Shown piece after piece: positions 46,320 through 48,582 of a stretch of DNA of 48,582 nucleotides; the first letter of the stretch is position 1; the number at the start of each line of letters is the position of its first letter. The notes below the pieces were generated by a model. It was not told the origin of the DNA and did no database searches. It saw only the letters and a list, made by a program, of their open reading frames with translations. The translations under genes were made by a program, and so were the position numbers. The DNA is from a virus. Taxonomy: Duplodnaviria > Caudoviricetes. The stretch lies in the IMG/VR virus record IMGVR_UViG_3300025103_000030, positions 1 through 48,582 of that record. One strand, given 5' to 3'.

Positions 46320-46903
46320 GAGCCAAACTCCAATCTAAGTTCAAGACCATTAGCCGCGCTACCTGAACCAATCTGATCAATATCAAATCTAATAACATTT
46401 CCATCGTTTACAGTATTAGTAGACGTATTAATAACAGCAGATGTAGCCGCAGTGCTTGAATCATTCTCCCCCGCATCAATGGTAAGCAATGTGCTTAACA
46501 TATCCTGACCTTTGCTTTCATTGTGAATCTGAATATTAGTTGTTGAACCTGTTGCGGTAGTATAAACATGTCCACCAACAGATTTAAGTTTTAAATTTTC
46601 AAAGTTTGCAGGAAGAACAATTCTAGTAATGCCATCTCCAACATAAGTAGGAAGAGTGTCTGCAATGACTTTAATTACTAATGCTCTGTTAAAAAAAGTT
46701 GTATCATTAGCAAGAATCTTTTTATTCTGGCTAGTGCTTGCATCGTATATAGCAATGTAGTCGGCAGTAGCATCCATAGTGCCAGTAATATTAAGGTTAT
46801 CAATAACCTCTAACTTATCGTTGTTAAGATTAGTTAAGTTGCTGTCCATCTCTGCAAACGACAATGGACTGCCTTTTGTTTCTCTTAATGTAATTGTTGC
46901 CAT
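46316..46903 (-). CDS. Fibre/decoration-like structural protein
   Basis: I.LR.TKGSPLS.AEMD.N..NL anchor; C-terminal FDIDQIGSG.AA.GL. Confidence 0.65.
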   Translation of the reverse strand: MATITLRETKGSPLSFAEMDSNLTNLNNDKLEVIDNLNITGTMDATADYIAIYDASTSQNKKILANDTTFFNRALVIKVIADTLPTYVGDGITRIVLPANFENLKLKSVGGHVYTTATGSTTNIQIHNESKGQDMLSTLLTIDAGENDSSTAATSAVINTSTNTVNDGNVIRFDIDQIGSGSAANGLELRLEFGS

Positions 46904-47907
46904 TAAAATTCAATCCTGTATGTAGCCTGTATTCTATCCTCAGTATATCGCAAGTCGTATCTGTCAGACTGTAACCCTAGTTCATATCCGTTATCACTTA
47001 TGTGGAACCTTACCGTTGGTTCTCGGTTTAACATCACGAAGAGGGTTGCAACTGCGATGCCAGACACGACTAGTTCCTTTTCGTATTCCTGATACCACTC
47101 TTTCTTTTTCTTTCTCCGCTCTAGGGTCTGGCAAGATGAGCCTCCCCTTCCGTTTCCTGTTCCAACAACTCCCGCATACGAACAAGCAATGTCGCCAAGT
47201 CGTTTTGCCTCTGGACTCGTTCCGTTAAGGTGGTACTCAGATACGACAACTGGTTTTCCAAAGGAAAGAGCGTTTTCAATTTGTCGTCTGAACTGTTGTT
47301 CACTAATAGAAAATCCTGTTTGAAGGTAAATTATATCTGCGTCTACAATATACTCAGCCTGTACCCCCGGAGTTAGGTGCACCCCTATAGGCTTGTCTGT
47401 TTTCTTTCTGAGTTCCCTTATTAGAGTAGAAATCTCAGCAGGGCTATAATACTCATCGCACTCAAGACAAACAACGTAATGGCTAACAAGGTCATCCACC
47501 TCAGAAACAACCTTACTTTGATACTCAATCTGGTTGTTTAATCCTCTTGCATATAGTTCCGGGCTGTCATCGCTTATGAGCCATATAACGGGTTTTTTCC
47601 CTAGCCCTTGTAGCCTTGACCTCCAATTACTTCCAACTCCATCTACAATTCCCCAGACCTTATCTGTATTTCTGGCTAGAATGTCTGCATGGGTGTCGTT
47701 AGATATGGCCCCTCTTACATCCGCTCTCCAAGCATCTGATCTGTCGTTAGATAGATAAGATAATGTAGATAATCTTTCTGTGTCTATAAGAAACGTAGAT
47801 TTAAAATCAGCACTTGATACTGCGGTATACAATATTAAAAGAACAACAAAGACATAAAGCACGACAACGCTTAATGACTTTAAGCAATCTTTTATGTAAC
47901 CTCTCAT
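46903..47907 (-). CDS. Exported glycoside-hydrolase-like (TIM barrel) protein
   Basis: Signal peptide ending VSSA; LECDE and KPVVVSEY resemble clan GH-A acid/base and nucleophile strands; C-terminal ...ATYRIEF. Confidence 0.55.
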   Translation of the reverse strand: MRGYIKDCLKSLSVVVLYVFVVLLILYTAVSSADFKSTFLIDTERLSTLSYLSNDRSDAWRADVRGAISNDTHADILARNTDKVWGIVDGVGSNWRSRLQGLGKKPVIWLISDDSPELYARGLNNQIEYQSKVVSEVDDLVSHYVVCLECDEYYSPAEISTLIRELRKKTDKPIGVHLTPGVQAEYIVDADIIYLQTGFSISEQQFRRQIENALSFGKPVVVSEYHLNGTSPEAKRLGDIACSYAGVVGTGNGRGGSSCQTLERRKKKKEWYQEYEKELVVSGIAVATLFVMLNREPTVRFHISDNGYELGLQSDRYDLRYTEDRIQATYRIEF

Positions 47908-48371
47908 CGCATAAGCGGGTTCGGATGTTTAGGCTCCCTACCTTTCATTTTTACAGGTCCGGGCAAAAACCATCCTAATACCATGGGAATTATAACTATA
48001 AGAATTAATAACCAACCGCCCATTTCGGCCATTGATCCAAGTAAACTCCAGAAGTTATCGGGGGCGCAGGAACCGTTAGCCATAGTAGTGCGGGATGAAC
48101 CCATCCCCGCTGTCGCCACATCTGTTACAAAGGCAGTTGTCATGGCTCCCGCTATCGGTGCAATCGCACCCCCACTGAATACAGTCCCCGCAGTCGCACC
48201 TACCGCCGCTCCGGTCGCTACTATCCCCGCTTTCTTTATTGTCCCGCATCCTACAAGGAAGAGACATCCGGCGATGGTGATCCCCAGATTGCGGCAACGG
48301 CTACGATAACTACTACCGCTACTACTATTCCCCATTTTACTTTCGGGTTTAACTCTTTGAATTTTTCCCAC
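47904..48371 (-). CDS. Lipoprotein with glycine zipper and C-terminal TM segment (unimolecular-spanin-like)
   Basis: Lipobox LVGC, GAAVGA zipper, C-terminal LLILIVIIPMVLGWFL plus basic tail; start uncertain (GTG 48371 or ATG 48335). Confidence 0.55.
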   Translation of the reverse strand: MGKIQRVKPESKMGNSSSGSSYRSRCRNLGITIAGCLFLVGCGTIKKAGIVATGAAVGATAGTVFSGGAIAPIAGAMTTAFVTDVATAGMGSSRTTMANGSCAPDNFWSLLGSMAEMGGWLLILIVIIPMVLGWFLPGPVKMKGREPKHPNPLMR

Positions 48372-48373
48372 AT
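48251..48373 (-). CDS. Small single-TM membrane protein overlapping the lipoprotein gene (not in ORF track)
   Basis: AGGAG RBS 6 nt before ATG; MWEKFKELNPKVKWGIVVAVVVIVAVAAIWGSPSPDVSSL. Confidence 0.6.
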   Translation of the reverse strand: MWEKFKELNPKVKWGIVVAVVVIVAVAAIWGSPSPDVSSL

Positions 48374-48398
48374 ATACATCTCCTATTGTTTAAGTGAT

Positions 48399-48581
48399 TC
48401 ATTCAATAATTCTTGCAATAACCTTCTTGCCTTCCCAATCTATTCTGGTTTCTACTGTACGCCTTTCACACGCATACCTACCGCCTTCGCTATCGTGCCA
48501 TCCTTGCCTCTTTAATGTTCTCTTCATAGCAAGGCATCCCGGTAGCCCCATCTCCACCCATTCTTTTTTAACTGGGTCTTC
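48399..48581 (-). CDS. Partial (5'-truncated) hypothetical protein
   Basis: Open frame from the window edge (EDPVKKEW...CLAMKR...YACE...IIE) ending TGA. Confidence 0.6.
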   Translation of the reverse strand, partial: EDPVKKEWVEMGLPGCLAMKRTLKRQGWHDSEGGRYACERRTVETRIDWEGKKVIARIIE

Positions 48582-48582
48582 C

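Noticed and set aside
12786-48309. Numerous + strand ORFs antisense to the late operon (e.g. 16461-17006, 31107-31559, 37018-37527)
   Set aside because: Shadow frames of well-supported minus-strand genes, without RBS or recognisable motifs
36061-48582. Terminase genes expected upstream of the portal
   Set aside because: No ATPase/nuclease terminase motifs found in these ORFs; probably outside the window
1-48582. tRNA/rRNA genes, integrase/att sites, alternative genetic code
   Set aside because: No cloverleaf- or rRNA-like segments in the few intergenic gaps, no integrase motifs, and genes tile densely under the standard code using all three stops

Overview
The whole window is a fragment of a tailed dsDNA bacteriophage genome with podovirus-like virion genes; the protein style suggests an aquatic/marine phage, but that is inference. 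Layout: (i) 1-2.7 kb, + strand early small ORFs (acidic proteins, gp88-like, SprT-like) ending at an intrinsic terminator. (ii) 2.85-5.94 kb, - strand lambdoid-like replication/regulation operon (HTH initiator containing iteron-like repeats, Twinkle/T7-gp4-type primase-helicase, PD-(D/E)XK nuclease, Q-like zinc-finger protein). (iii) 6.0-12.5 kb, + strand recombination/nucleotide-metabolism operon (NinB-like, putative annealing protein, exonuclease, SSB, class II RNR NrdJ, YkgJ-like, metallophosphoesterase), apparently driven from a perfectly overlapping bidirectional sigma70 promoter. (iv) 12.5-48.6 kb, - strand late operon: candidate lysis membrane proteins, a ~10 kb modular fibre/adaptor/chaperone cluster placed upstream of the portal, portal, scaffold, major capsid, GT9, tail adaptor, a tail-nozzle gene apparently split around an inserted gene, ejection proteins and a 2913-aa internal virion protein. 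No terminase, DNA polymerase, integrase, tRNA or CRISPR array was recognised. The most notable signals are a three-branch fibre assembly with shared docking peptides, the split nozzle gene, glycosyltransferases embedded among structural genes, a shared AxA cleavage-like motif in two ejection proteins, and near-complete avoidance of GCWGC/CCWGG/AGCT. All family assignments come from motif recognition by eye, not from database searches.
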